From: Acidimicrobiia bacterium
GTDB taxonomy: Bacteria > Actinomycetota > Acidimicrobiia > Spongiisociales > ZC4RG35
Length of the DNA stretch: 64,000 bases
NCBI GenBank assembly: GCA_046484325.1
Contig: JAWOJB010000025.1
Location: 4,333 to 68,332 of the forward strand
Direction of reading: 5' to 3'
Below, piece after piece: positions 39,363-48,941 of this stretch; the first letter of the stretch is position 1; every line of letters begins with the position of its first letter. The notes under the pieces were generated by a model, which saw nothing but the letters and a program-made list of their open reading frames with translations, made no database searches and was not told the DNA's origin. A program made the position numbers and the translations under genes.

Positions 39363-40429
39363 CGGCGGTCGAAGTCGACCGAGACGCGATCGCCGGTCGG
39401 GTGGGCCTGGCAGGTGAGGATGTAACCCGCGGACACCTCGGCGTCGGTGAGGGCGTAGTTCTTCGTCATCGCCACCTCGCCCTCCACGATCGTGGCCTTG
39501 CACGAGGCACACATCCCGCCCTTGCACGAGTAGGGGAGCTCGCGCCGGACCCGGAGGGCGGCGTCGAGGATGGCGGTGGCCGGATCCATCCGGGTGGTGG
39601 AGACCCGGCCGTCGAGGACGAAGCTGAGCTCCACCGCCCCCTCCCCGACGCCGGGCTCGGGGGGCAGCAGCGCCGGGTCGATCGGGCCGGCGAAGAACAG
39701 CTCGTCCCGCACCGAACCCGCATCCACGCCCTGCTCCTCGAGCACCCGCCGGGCGGTCGTCACGAGCTCGTGCGGACCGCACAGGAACCACCGGTCGACG
39801 GTGCGGGGCGGCACCAGGGTGGCGAGGAGGTCGAGGAGCTTCGACTCGTCGATCCTGCCGTGGAAGAGCGGCAGCCCGCCGTCCTCCCGGCTCAGCACGT
39901 GGACGAGCTGGAACCGATCCGGATACCGGTCCTTGAGGCCCTCGAGCTCTTCGAGGAACATGACCGTGCGCGCCTCGCGGTTCCCGAAGACCAGTGTCCA
40001 GCGGCTGTGCGGCTCGGATTCGAGCGTCGTGGCGATCAACGACAGCACGGGGGTGATGCCCGAGCCCGCCGCCACCGCCGCATAGTGCCGGGAGGCGGTG
40101 GGTTCGGGATCGATCGTGAACTCCCCGGTGGGAGGGGCGACCTCGAGCACCTCGCCGGCGGCGAGCTCCGTCGTGGCGAAGGTCGAGAACGCTCCGCCCC
40201 GCAGTCGCTTCACGCCGATCCGCAGCTTCCCCGAGTTGGCGTTCACACAGATCGAGTAGCTGCGACGGACGTCCACACCGTCGACGAGGGCACGAACGGT
40301 GACGTGTTGACCCGGCAGGTACCGGAAGGTCTCCGACAACTCGGCGGGAACGTCGAAGGTGATCGAGACGGCCTCGTCGGTCTCGGGGGTGACCTCGGTG
40401 ATCCGGAGAGGGTGGAACTCGACGCTCAT
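39359..40429 (-). CDS. paaE: Phenylacetyl-CoA 1,2-epoxidase reductase subunit
   Basis: ATG at 40429 (MSVEFHPLRI) overlaps the paaD stop. RSYSIC FAD motif, GSGITP NAD motif, plant-type 2Fe-2S motif CKGGMCASCKA...C. Confidence 0.9.
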   Translation of the reverse strand: MSVEFHPLRITEVTPETDEAVSITFDVPAELSETFRYLPGQHVTVRALVDGVDVRRSYSICVNANSGKLRIGVKRLRGGAFSTFATTELAAGEVLEVAPPTGEFTIDPEPTASRHYAAVAAGSGITPVLSLIATTLESEPHSRWTLVFGNREARTVMFLEELEGLKDRYPDRFQLVHVLSREDGGLPLFHGRIDESKLLDLLATLVPPRTVDRWFLCGPHELVTTARRVLEEQGVDAGSVRDELFFAGPIDPALLPPEPGVGEGAVELSFVLDGRVSTTRMDPATAILDAALRVRRELPYSCKGGMCASCKATIVEGEVAMTKNYALTDAEVSAGYILTCQAHPTGDRVSVDFDRR

Positions 40430-40971
40430 AGGTGCTTGAAGTGGTCGAATGGCTCGCCGCATGCCTCGCAGACCATGAGCGCCTTGCAGGCGGTGGAGCC
40501 GAAGTAGGAGACGAGCCGGATGTCGTCGGTAGCGCAGCGGGGGCAGAGGACCGGGCCGGGGTCGCCGACCGGGCCCGGCGGGGCGATGCCGTACCCGGCC
40601 AGCTTCCGGCGCCCCTCCTCGCTCATCCAGTCGGTGGTCCAGGCGGGGGCGTAGACGGTGTCGACCCGCACCCGGGTGAAGCCGGCCTCACCCAGGGCCT
40701 TGTGCACGTCGCGGGTGATGGTCTCCATCGCCGGGCATCCCGAGTAGGTGGGGGTGATCGTGACGACGACCTCGCCCCCGTCGACCGCGACCCCACGCAG
40801 GATGCCCAAGTCCTCGACGGTGAGCACCGGGATCTCGGGATCGACGACCGTGGCGAGGGCCTCACGAGCCCGCTGCTCGTCGCTCGTGGTTTGTCCCCCG
40901 GCCGACAGGCTGGGCGAAGGGGCCCCCGGCGCCGCAGGCGACGGGGTAGGGGGACCGCTCCGCGTCACCAT
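40426..40971 (-). CDS. paaD: Phenylacetate degradation protein PaaD (DUF59/SUF-like plus C-terminal Cys cluster)
   Basis: VVDPEIPVLTVEDLG, TYSGCPA and C-terminal CPRC...CEAC. The start (ATG 40971 or GTG 40968) overlaps the paaC stop. Confidence 0.85.
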   Translation of the reverse strand: MVTRSGPPTPSPAAPGAPSPSLSAGGQTTSDEQRAREALATVVDPEIPVLTVEDLGILRGVAVDGGEVVVTITPTYSGCPAMETITRDVHKALGEAGFTRVRVDTVYAPAWTTDWMSEEGRRKLAGYGIAPPGPVGDPGPVLCPRCATDDIRLVSYFGSTACKALMVCEACGEPFDHFKHL

Positions 40972-41768
40972 GACTGCCCCGGGTACGACCGCTGCATCCA
41001 CTGCAGCTCGGCGAGGAGGTGCCCGAGGTGCTCGGTGTGGAAGCCGGTCCTCCCGCCCATCCGCTGATAGGGATCGGCGGGGCGGCTCAGGGTCGCCTCC
41101 TCGAGGACGGCGTCGACCCGCTCATCCCACGCCGGCCGGAGTGCCCCGGGCTCGACGGCGATGCCCTCCGACACCAGAGCCGCCTCGACCTCGTCTCCGG
41201 TGAACAGCTCGTCGGTGAACCGCCAGAGGTCGTCGATGGACCGCTGCATCCGCCGGTGGCTCTCGTCGGTGCCGTCGCCGAGCCGGATCACCCACGTCGA
41301 CGAATGGCGGAGGTGGTAACGCACCTCCTTGAGCGCCTTGGCCGCGATGCCGGCCAGCACCTCGTCGGCCGAGGACCCGAGCGCCTCCCACAGTCCGATC
41401 TGGTACGCATCCACCAGGAGCTGACGAGCCATGGTGTGGGCGAAGTCGCCGTTGGGCTGCTCGACCAGCAGCAGGTTGAGGTACTCCCGCTCCGACCGGA
41501 GGAACGCGAGATCGTCCTCGGACCGACCCTCGCCTTCGACCTCGCCGGCGTGGCGGTAGAGAGCCCGGGCCACGCCCAGGTGGTCGAGTCCGATGTTCGT
41601 GAGAGCGATGTCCTCCTCCAGTTCGGGAGCCTTGGACGTCCACTCGGCGAGCCGCTGGGCGAGCACGAGGTTGTCGTCGGCGAGGCGCAGGAGATGGGCC
41701 ACGCGAGGCTCCAGGGCCGGCGGAGGCGTGCCCTGAGGAGCGGAGGAGCGGGTGGAGGGCTCGGTCAT
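40965..41768 (-). CDS. paaC: Phenylacetyl-CoA 1,2-epoxidase structural subunit; alternative GTG start at 41837 would add 23 repeat-encoded codons
   Basis: LRLADDNLVLAQRLAEW...PELEEDIALTNIGLDHLG aligns to the PaaC N-terminus about 20 aa after the ATG at 41768. Confidence 0.85.
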   Translation of the reverse strand: MTEPSTRSSAPQGTPPPALEPRVAHLLRLADDNLVLAQRLAEWTSKAPELEEDIALTNIGLDHLGVARALYRHAGEVEGEGRSEDDLAFLRSEREYLNLLLVEQPNGDFAHTMARQLLVDAYQIGLWEALGSSADEVLAGIAAKALKEVRYHLRHSSTWVIRLGDGTDESHRRMQRSIDDLWRFTDELFTGDEVEAALVSEGIAVEPGALRPAWDERVDAVLEEATLSRPADPYQRMGGRTGFHTEHLGHLLAELQWMQRSYPGQSW

Positions 41769-41835
41769 GCGACGTGAGGCGTGGGACGTGGGACGCGAGA
41801 CGTGGGACGCGAGACGTGGGACGCGAGACGTGCTC
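41766..41835 (-). repeat. Ten tandem heptamers (plus strand CGYGNGA), including three perfect 14-mers CGTGGGACGCGAGA, that fill the paaB-paaC junction
   Basis: Plus-strand heptamers read directly: CATGCGA CGTGAGG CGTGGGA CGTGGGA CGCGAGA CGTGGGA CGCGAGA CGTGGGA CGCGAGA CGTGCTC. Perfect 14-mer x3 at 41787-41828. Confidence 0.9.
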
Positions 41836-42175
41836 ACATGTGCCCCACTTCATCGGGGATCTGGTAATAGGTGGCGTGGCGGTACGGCTTCTCGATCGAC
41901 TCGAAGAAGGCGTCGGCGTCGTCGGGGTCGGAGGCGGTGATCTCGGCGGACGGCACCACCCACACGCTGACACCTTCGACCCGGCGGGTGTAGACGTCGC
42001 GGGCGTTCTGGAGGGCGCTCTCGGCGTCGGGGGCATGGAGGCTCCCCGAGTGCACATGGCTCATCCCCCGACGTTGACGTACGAACACCTCCCACATCGG
42101 CCAGCCCCGCTGGTCGTCCGACCCGGCGATCTCGACCTCCTGCTCGCCTTCGATCTTGGGGACCGAGTAGGTCAT
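41834..42175 (-). CDS. paaB: Phenylacetyl-CoA 1,2-epoxidase subunit B
   Basis: 113-aa [29 protein letters not shown]...[16 protein letters not shown] closely parallels PaaB. The ATG overlaps the paaA stop. Confidence 0.9.
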   Translation of the reverse strand: MTYSVPKIEGEQEVEIAGSDDQRGWPMWEVFVRQRRGMSHVHSGSLHAPDAESALQNARDVYTRRVEGVSVWVVPSAEITASDPDDADAFFESIEKPYRHATYYQIPDEVGHM

Positions 42176-43131
42176 GCGCTCCTCCGACGGGCCTGCTGCT
42201 TCTGGGCATGGGCGGCCGCCGCCTCCCGCACCCAGGCATTGTCCTCCCAGGCGCCCACCTTCTGGGCCATCCGGTCCCGGTTCATCGGGCCGTTGCCCTT
42301 GACCACGCCCCAGAACTCGTCCCAGTCGATGGCGCCGAAGTCATGGTGCCCGCGCTCTTCGTTCCAACGGAGGTCGGGGTCGGGAATGGTCAACCCGAGG
42401 TACTCGGCCTGGGGGACGGTCATGTCGACGAACTGCTGACGGAGGTCGTCGTTGGACACGCGCTTGATCTTCCACTCCATCGACTGCTCGGTGTGGGTGG
42501 AGTCCGAGTCGTGGGGCCCGAACATCATGAGCGCCGGCCACCACCACCGATCGAGGGCGTCCTGGGCCATCGCCCGTTGCTCGTCCGATCCCCGGCAGAG
42601 GGCCAGCAGGATCTCGTAGCCCTGCCGCTGATGGAACGACTCCTCCTTGCAGATCCGGACCATCGCCCGGGCATACGGTCCGAAGGATGTGTTGGTGAGC
42701 ATGACCTGGTTGGTGATTGCGGCGCCATCGACCAACCATCCGATGGCCCCCATGTCCGCCCAGGTCAGCGCCGGGTAGTTGAAGATCGAGGAATACTTCT
42801 GGCGACCGGCGTGCAGCAGGTCGACCAGCTCGTGGCGGGTCACACCCAGCGTCTCCGCCGCCGAGTACAGGTAGAGACCGTGACCCGCCTCGTCCTGGAT
42901 CTTTGCCATCAGGATGCCCTTCCGTTCGAGCGTGGGGGCACGGGTCACCCAGTTGCCCTCGGGCTGCATCCCGATGACCTCGGAATGGGCGTGCTGGGCG
43001 ATCTGGCGGATCAGGGTCTTGCGGTACTGCTCCGGCATCCAGTCGGCCGGTTCGATCTTCTCGTCGGCGGCGATGAGGGCGTCGAACCGCTGCTCGGGCG
43101 TGACGGTCGGTGGGTGGCTCAGCGTGGTCAT
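42172..43131 (-). CDS. paaA: Phenylacetyl-CoA 1,2-epoxidase catalytic subunit
   Basis: 319-aa ORF. Diiron ligand regions QIAQHAHSE...QDEAGHG and [11 protein letters not shown]. Confidence 0.9.
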   Translation of the reverse strand: MTTLSHPPTVTPEQRFDALIAADEKIEPADWMPEQYRKTLIRQIAQHAHSEVIGMQPEGNWVTRAPTLERKGILMAKIQDEAGHGLYLYSAAETLGVTRHELVDLLHAGRQKYSSIFNYPALTWADMGAIGWLVDGAAITNQVMLTNTSFGPYARAMVRICKEESFHQRQGYEILLALCRGSDEQRAMAQDALDRWWWPALMMFGPHDSDSTHTEQSMEWKIKRVSNDDLRQQFVDMTVPQAEYLGLTIPDPDLRWNEERGHHDFGAIDWDEFWGVVKGNGPMNRDRMAQKVGAWEDNAWVREAAAAHAQKQQARRRSA

Positions 43132-43144
43132 GGGTTCATCCTAA

Positions 43145-43158
43145 CGAACGATCGTTGG
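43145..43158. promoter_or_regulatory. Candidate PaaR (TetR) operator: palindrome CGAACGATCGTTGG between the likely paaA promoter and its RBS
   Basis: Perfect 10-bp palindrome AACGATCGTT read at 43147-43156, 14-27 nt upstream of the paaA ATG. Fits the CNAACGNNCGTTNG pseudopalindrome that I recall being reported for Thermus PaaR. Confidence 0.5.
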
Positions 43159-43231
43159 TATTGCACCGCCGTGACCGCCTCGTCTCGCGACAGTCGTGGG
43201 CGCCCCACCAACGGTTCCGGGACGAGAACGG

Positions 43232-44572
43232 TCAGAAGAGGTGGGCGAGTGCCTCGTCGACGACGTGCTGGAGGGTGGGGACGCCCGCCTCCGCGAACTC
43301 GTATCGGGCACGGACCACCGGCTTGTCCAGCGGCACCAGCGCCGCCAGATCGATGGGAGTCCCCGAGACGACCAGCTCGGCCTCGGAGCGGTTGATCGTT
43401 TCGGCCAGGGCGGACAACTGGGCCTCGCCGTAGCCCATCATGGGCAACACCGGTCCGATGTGGGGATAAGCGTCATACACCGAGGCGATCTCTGGCGGCG
43501 CCGAGAGCCGCGGGTCGACCACTCGGCCCGCACCGGCCGCCTCGGCGGCCACGAGCCCCGCCCCGTGCGGCATACCGCCGTGGGTGATGGTCGGCCCGTC
43601 CTCGACGACGAGCACCGCCCGCCCCACCACCGAGTCGGGATCGTCGAGCCGGACCGGTGAGGCGCCCCGCACCACCATGGCACCGGGGTTCAGCTGCCGG
43701 ATCCGCTCGATCATCGCCTCCACGACGGCCGGGTCTGCCGAGTCCACCTTGTTCACCACCACCACGTCGGCGAGACGTAACACCGTCTCCCCCGGGTGGT
43801 GGCTGTTGAGGTGGTCCGGGCGCAGGGCGTCGGCGACCGTGATGGTCAACTCGGTCCGGATGAAGGAGAAGTCGTTGTTGCCGCCGTCCCAGATGATGAC
43901 GTCGGCTTCCTGCTCGGCGGCGGCGAGGATCGCCTCGTAGTCCACCCCGGCGAACACGACGTTGCCAAAGGCGATATGTGGCTCATACTCCTCGCGCTCC
44001 TCGGCCGTGCAGTGCGCATCGTCGAGATCCTGGCGCGTGGCGAAGCGCTGAACCCGTTCGAGGTTGAGCTCCCCGTAGGGCATCGGGTGACGGATCACCG
44101 CCACCCCCAGACCCTTCTCGCGGAGGTAGCGGGACAGCCAGCGGGAGATCGGGGACTTTCCCGCCCCGGTCCGGACCGCGGTCACGGCGATCACCGGATG
44201 GGTCGACGACAGCTGGGTTCGCTCGGGGCCGAGCAGGGTGAAGTCCGCCCCGGCGGCGAGAGCACGAGATGCCAGATGCATGACGTGCTCGTGGGGGACG
44301 TCGGAGTAGGCGAACACCACCGCATCGGCCTCGTGTTCGGCGATGAGCTGCTCCAGCCGCTCCTCATCCTCGATCGGGATTCCGTCGGGATAGAGCGGAC
44401 CGGCGAGCTCCGGTGGATACCGGCGCCCCGCCACGCCGGGGATCTGGGTGGCGGTGAAGGCCACGACCCTGACGGAGGGATCATCCCGGTACGCCATGTT
44501 GAAATCGTGGAAGTCCCGCCCGGCGGCACCGAGGATGATCAGCCTGCGGGGAGCGGGCTCGCTCATGTCCAT
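43232..44572 (-). CDS. COG2403-type P-loop protein (cyclic 2,3-diphosphoglycerate synthetase-like / predicted GTPase family)
   Basis: 446-aa ORF. LIILGAAGRDFHDFN N-terminus. Walker A-like TAVRTGAGKSPIS. WDGGNND and VVVNKVD motifs. Confidence 0.6.
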   Translation of the reverse strand: MDMSEPAPRRLIILGAAGRDFHDFNMAYRDDPSVRVVAFTATQIPGVAGRRYPPELAGPLYPDGIPIEDEERLEQLIAEHEADAVVFAYSDVPHEHVMHLASRALAAGADFTLLGPERTQLSSTHPVIAVTAVRTGAGKSPISRWLSRYLREKGLGVAVIRHPMPYGELNLERVQRFATRQDLDDAHCTAEEREEYEPHIAFGNVVFAGVDYEAILAAAEQEADVIIWDGGNNDFSFIRTELTITVADALRPDHLNSHHPGETVLRLADVVVVNKVDSADPAVVEAMIERIRQLNPGAMVVRGASPVRLDDPDSVVGRAVLVVEDGPTITHGGMPHGAGLVAAEAAGAGRVVDPRLSAPPEIASVYDAYPHIGPVLPMMGYGEAQLSALAETINRSEAELVVSGTPIDLAALVPLDKPVVRARYEFAEAGVPTLQHVVDEALAHLF

Positions 44573-44651
44573 GCCACGGGCATCGGGCCCGTGCCTCCAC
44601 GGGGGATGCTAGGGAGCCGTGAAGTCGGCGGGGCAGGGCCGAAGGCCCCCG

Positions 44652-46076
44652 TCAACCCTTGACGACCCCGAGCGGTCGCAGCCGTGCCACCGGGGCTGCC
44701 AGGCCTGCCCGATCACAGACCGCCACCACCTCGTCGACGTCCTTGTAGGCGTAGGGCGCCTCCTCGGCGAGCAGCCCCACCGAGTGGGGACGGACGCTGA
44801 TGCCCGCCCTCTCGAGCTGCTCGCGGACGGCATGGCCGCTCTCCATCCGCTTGGCGGCGGCCCGGCTCATCAGGCGCCCGGCGCCGTGGGCGGCCGATGC
44901 GAAAGCCGGGTTCCCGATCACGCCCCGAAGCACCCAGGAGGCGGTGCCCATGCTCCCCGGCACGAGGACCGGCTGACCGTGGGACCGGAGATCGGGGGCC
45001 AGATCGGGATGCCCCGGCCCCAAGGCCCGGGTCGCCCCCTTGCGATGCACGCATACGAGAGTGTCGGCCCCCTCGACCGGATGGCGCTCGAGCTTGGCCA
45101 GGTTGTGGGCCACGTCGTAGACGAGGCGCATACCCGTGCGCTCCGGCGTGGTGCCGAAGGCGGCGGCAAAGGCCTCTCGGGCGGCGTGGGCGAGCACGTG
45201 CCGGTTGGCCCAGGCGAAGTTGGAGGCGGCCTCCATCGCCCCGAGGTACCGCTCCCCCTCGGGCGAGTGGACCGGCACACAGGCGAGCTGGCGATCGGGG
45301 ACGGCGATGCCGTGACGGGACATGGCCGCGCCCATCACCCGCAGCTGATCCTGGCAGGTCTGGTGGCCGAGCCCCCGCGACCCGCAGTGGATCATCACGA
45401 CGACCATCCCGGAGGTGATCCCGAAGGCCTTCGCCGCTTCGGGATCCTCGACCCGATCGACCACCTGCACCTCGAGGAAGTGGTTACCCGCTCCCAGCGA
45501 ACCGAGCTGGCCGGCACCCCGCTGGAGCGCCTTGTCGGAGACGAGGCCCGGGCGTGCTCCCGCCGATGTGCCCCGCTCCTCGCATCGCTCGAGGTCCGAG
45601 CTCCAGCCGAAGCCGGCGTCGAGAACGGCGGCGGCACCTCGTTCGAGTACCTCGGGCAACCGGATCCCCGAGACGACTCCCCCTTTGCCGAGGCCGCGCG
45701 GGATCCGCCGGGCCAGCTCGAGCATCACCTGCTCACGGCGCTCGCGGAAGTCCGACTCGGTGTACCTCGACGCCAGGAGGCGCACCCCGCAGCAGATGTC
45801 GAAACCGACCCCGCCCGGCGACACGACCCCGCCGGCATCGACGTCGGTGGCGGCCACCCCGCCGATCGGGAACCCGTAGCCCCAGTGGATGTCGGGCATC
45901 GCCATGGACGCCGTGCGGATCCCAGGCAGGTGGGCGACAGCCGCCACCTGGTCCACCGCCCGGTCCTCCCGTGCCTTCACCAGCAGCTCGCCGGCGGCGA
46001 AGACCCAGCCGGGGACGAGCATCCCTCCCTGCCGGGGGATCTCCCACAGGACGTCGGACACCCGCCGGAGCTCCAT
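44652..46076 (-). CDS. rtcB: RNA-splicing ligase RtcB
   Basis: In-frame ATG at 46076 (MELRRVSD). [30 protein letters not shown] and HGAGR motifs. Confidence 0.9.
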   Translation of the reverse strand: MELRRVSDVLWEIPRQGGMLVPGWVFAAGELLVKAREDRAVDQVAAVAHLPGIRTASMAMPDIHWGYGFPIGGVAATDVDAGGVVSPGGVGFDICCGVRLLASRYTESDFRERREQVMLELARRIPRGLGKGGVVSGIRLPEVLERGAAAVLDAGFGWSSDLERCEERGTSAGARPGLVSDKALQRGAGQLGSLGAGNHFLEVQVVDRVEDPEAAKAFGITSGMVVVMIHCGSRGLGHQTCQDQLRVMGAAMSRHGIAVPDRQLACVPVHSPEGERYLGAMEAASNFAWANRHVLAHAAREAFAAAFGTTPERTGMRLVYDVAHNLAKLERHPVEGADTLVCVHRKGATRALGPGHPDLAPDLRSHGQPVLVPGSMGTASWVLRGVIGNPAFASAAHGAGRLMSRAAAKRMESGHAVREQLERAGISVRPHSVGLLAEEAPYAYKDVDEVVAVCDRAGLAAPVARLRPLGVVKG

Positions 46077-46114
46077 GCCTCCACCGTATGCGTCGGGTGA
46101 CGGTCCCGCCAGGG

Positions 46115-46534
46115 TCACACGTCGAATATCACCCTCGCGTACCAGCCGTCCGGCCGGTGCTCGACGGTCAGCTCGTGGTAGGTGATGGCCTTGACGGGTG
46201 GCCCCGCGACGTCGAACTCCGACGACGGCACCGCGGTGGCGCGGAGGTGCATCCCGCCGTCGTCGTCGATCTCCACGGTGGGCTCGACCGGCAGCACGTC
46301 GTCGACCTCGAACCGGAACAGCACCTCGGCCAGCAGCTCCACGAGCACCTCCGGCAGATCCCCGCCCGGCACCCACGCCTCCATCGGCGCCCCGCCCGAG
46401 ACGTCCGGCGTCGGGGCGAACATCGACCCGACGAGCCCTTGGACGGCGGACGCCGCCATCTCGCCCAGGGTCGCACCCTCTGCTTCGACGCCGGTGTCGG
46501 CGGTGTGGGAGAGCAGTCTCCAGCTGCCGGGCAC
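46115..46534 (-). CDS. Archease (RtcB activator); start uncertain
   Basis: Distal part of track ORF 46115..47182. [16 protein letters not shown] matches the archease N-terminal signature. 139 aa from the GTG at 46534. 38 nt upstream of rtcB. Confidence 0.8.
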   Translation of the reverse strand: MPGSWRLLSHTADTGVEAEGATLGEMAASAVQGLVGSMFAPTPDVSGGAPMEAWVPGGDLPEVLVELLAEVLFRFEVDDVLPVEPTVEIDDDGGMHLRATAVPSSEFDVAGPPVKAITYHELTVEHRPDGWYARVIFDV

Positions 46535-46579
46535 GGCTCCAGCGTACGTAGGATCGCCCGAAGTCGACAGGAGGTGCCC

Positions 46580-47287
46580 GTGCGGCTCGGTGGCGTGGAG
46601 ATGACGTGGCTCGGACATTCGGCGTTCCGGTTCCGGTTCGACGATGGGACCACCCTCTATGTCGACCCGTGGCTGGCCGGCAACCCCTCCTGCCCACCGG
46701 ATGAGCACCACCCCGCCCGGGCCGACGCGGTGTTCGTGACCCACGGGCACTACGACCACCTCGGCGATGGCGTCGAGCTCGCCCGCTCGACCGGCGCCAC
46801 GGTGTTCGCCAACCACGAGATCTCCATCTACCTCCTGGGACAGGGCATCGAGCAGGCCGTCGGGCTCAACAAGGGCGGGACGGTGGAGGGCCCGGCCGGA
46901 CTGCGGGCGACCATGGTCGATGCCGTGCACTCCTCTGGGATCAGCAGCGGCGATTGCATCGTCGACGGCGGCGACCCGGCCGGGTGGGTGTTCGAGTTCC
47001 CGGGTGGGCCGACCGTCCTCCACGCCGGCGACACCATGCCCTCCCGGGACATGGAGCTGATCCGGGAGTTCTGGGCGCCGGAGATCGCCCTCCTCCCGAT
47101 CGGCGGGCATTACACGATGGACCCGCGCCAGGCGGCGTGGGCGGCCAGGACGCTCGGGGCGCAGGCGGTGGTGCCCATCCACTACGGGACCTTCCCGGTC
47201 CTGGCCGGGACACCGGACGAGTTACGGGAGCACGCCGCCGGGGACTTCGAGGTCGTGACCCCCGAGATCGGTCGGCCGCTGCGGTGA
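46580..47287 (+). CDS. Metallo-beta-lactamase-fold hydrolase (UPF0173-like)
   Basis: GTG at 46580 lies 5 nt after AGGAGG (alternative ATG at 46601 gives MTWLGHSAF). [10 protein letters not shown] metal-binding motif. Confidence 0.75.
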   Translation: MRLGGVEMTWLGHSAFRFRFDDGTTLYVDPWLAGNPSCPPDEHHPARADAVFVTHGHYDHLGDGVELARSTGATVFANHEISIYLLGQGIEQAVGLNKGGTVEGPAGLRATMVDAVHSSGISSGDCIVDGGDPAGWVFEFPGGPTVLHAGDTMPSRDMELIREFWAPEIALLPIGGHYTMDPRQAAWAARTLGAQAVVPIHYGTFPVLAGTPDELREHAAGDFEVVTPEIGRPLR

Positions 47288-47601
47288 CCGAGGGATCCCG
47301 ACCGGTCTGGTGGCGGCGCAGGTGGGGGGTGGTGCTTCGCACCCTCATCGGGGTGGTCGGCGGGATGCTCGGGTTGACCCTCGTGGGGTTCGCCCTGGCG
47401 GTGAGGGACTGGCAGATCGGGATGCAGAGCACTCCCGACGACGGGGAGCTCTTCACTCTCGTCGGGTTCGGGCTCGCCTTCGGCATCCTGGTCCCGTCGG
47501 TGATGGTCAGGCCCTCCCGGTTCGGCCTCGGTGCGATCGCGACCCTCGCCGTCGCCTTCTACCTCGTGTTCGGGAGCACCCGCGAACTGACGGCGGGGTA
47601 G
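47284..47601 (+). CDS. Small membrane protein (3 TM), unknown function
   Basis: GTG at 47284 forms a GTGA overlap with the preceding stop. Hydrophobic segments VVLRTLIGVVGGMLGLTLVGFALAV and others. Confidence 0.4.
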   Translation: MTEGSRPVWWRRRWGVVLRTLIGVVGGMLGLTLVGFALAVRDWQIGMQSTPDDGELFTLVGFGLAFGILVPSVMVRPSRFGLGAIATLAVAFYLVFGSTRELTAG

Positions 47602-47631
47602 ATTCCCGCCCGGTCTACCGAGAGAGCGCGG

Positions 47632-48081
47632 ATGTATCAGGTCCTGTTGTGGCTGCACATCATCGGGGCGGCGGCCTGGCTCGGGGGCAACATCACCCAG
47701 GTCGTGCTCGGCCGCTCGTTCGCCCGGGAGCCGAAGCCCGCCGTCGCCGCCTTCCTGCGCGGTACGGTGGTCATGGGGACCCGTCAGTACACGCCTGCGG
47801 CGGTGCTGATCCTCGTGACCGGGATCCTGATGGTGCTCCAGAACGACGCCTGGCACTTCGAGTCCGGGTTCGTCGTGATCGGCATCCTCATGGTCGTCGT
47901 CGGCGGGGCACTCGGTGGCGCCGTCTTCGGCCCGGTTGGCCGCAAGACGGCGGAGGCCTACGACGCGGGGGACTTGGAGAAGGCGGTGGCCGGGGAGCGC
48001 CGGCTCGCCGCCTTCGGCACCCTCGACACCGCGCTGGTGCTCGGCACCCTGGCCGCCATGGTGTGGAAGTGGGGAGCCTGA
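47632..48081 (+). CDS. Integral membrane protein (4 TM; DUF2269/CopD-like pattern)
   Basis: 149-aa ORF beginning MYQVLLWLHIIGAAAWLGGN. Confidence 0.5.
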   Translation: MYQVLLWLHIIGAAAWLGGNITQVVLGRSFAREPKPAVAAFLRGTVVMGTRQYTPAAVLILVTGILMVLQNDAWHFESGFVVIGILMVVVGGALGGAVFGPVGRKTAEAYDAGDLEKAVAGERRLAAFGTLDTALVLGTLAAMVWKWGA

Positions 48082-48085
48082 CGGC

Positions 48086-48889
48086 TCATTGCGGCTGACA
48101 GGTCGGGCACCACCACGCCCGGCGAGCTCCGATCTCCTCCGATCGGATGGTGGTGCCGCACCGGCGGCACGGCAGGCCTTCTCGCCCGTAGACGTAGAGC
48201 CGCTCCGAGGTGGGGATGTCGCGAGCTCTCGCCACCCCCACCTCGCACGGGTCGACCGTGACGATCCTTCCGGAGCGCTCCCCGGCCCGCAGCAGGCGCA
48301 CGGCCTCGTTCCACACCCGTGACGCTTCGGCCTCCGAAAGCCGGCGAGCGGGCCGGTGAGGGTCGATCCCGATCAGGAACAGCAGCTCCGACCGATACAC
48401 GTTGCCGATCCCGGCCATCACCGCCTGATCGAGGAGGGCGGCACCCACCGGCACCGAACGGCGCGCCAGCGCCGTCGACACCCGCCCGGGCGCAACCGGA
48501 TCACCTCGAAGCGGATCGGGGCCGAGTCTGGCGACGATCCCTGCCACCTCGGCCTCGTCCAGGATCTCGCATGCCGTCGGGCCCGACAGATGGAGCGTGG
48601 CGGTGGGCGCGACCACGGCGAGACGGGTGCCTGCGGACGGATCCGGGGCATCGCCGAGGTGGGTGCGGAATCGACCGAACAGGCCGAGGTGCACGTGGAG
48701 CACGAGGCCGTGGTCCCAGTGATAGAAGAGATGCTTGCCGTGGGCGTCGATCCGCTCGATCAAGCGGCCGTCGAGCAGCGCTGCCCCATCGGCGAAGCGA
48801 CCCTGGGGTGACCACACCCGCAGGCAGGGGCCCACGAACCGCTGCGACTGCAGGCGAGCCGCACGGTGGATGGTGTGTCCTTCGGGCAT
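48086..48889 (-). CDS. nei: Fpg/Nei-family DNA glycosylase (endonuclease VIII-like)
   Basis: In-frame ATG at 48889 gives MPEGHT (catalytic Pro2/Glu3). H2TH region GIGNVYRSE. C-terminal zinc finger CRRCG...CPTCQ. Confidence 0.85.
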   Translation of the reverse strand: MPEGHTIHRAARLQSQRFVGPCLRVWSPQGRFADGAALLDGRLIERIDAHGKHLFYHWDHGLVLHVHLGLFGRFRTHLGDAPDPSAGTRLAVVAPTATLHLSGPTACEILDEAEVAGIVARLGPDPLRGDPVAPGRVSTALARRSVPVGAALLDQAVMAGIGNVYRSELLFLIGIDPHRPARRLSEAEASRVWNEAVRLLRAGERSGRIVTVDPCEVGVARARDIPTSERLYVYGREGLPCRRCGTTIRSEEIGARRAWWCPTCQPQ

Positions 48890-48941
48890 GACCGCGACAC
48901 CGTAGGTCCGCCCTGCGCCAACCGGGCTACCGTCGCTGGCC

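Noticed and set aside
40965-41837. Track start (GTG 41837) for paaC, which adds 23 repeat-encoded residues
   Set aside because: Not adopted as the primary call because PaaC homology starts well downstream and ATG 41768 suffices. It is kept as an explicit alternative, because the GTGA overlap with paaB is typical of this operon.
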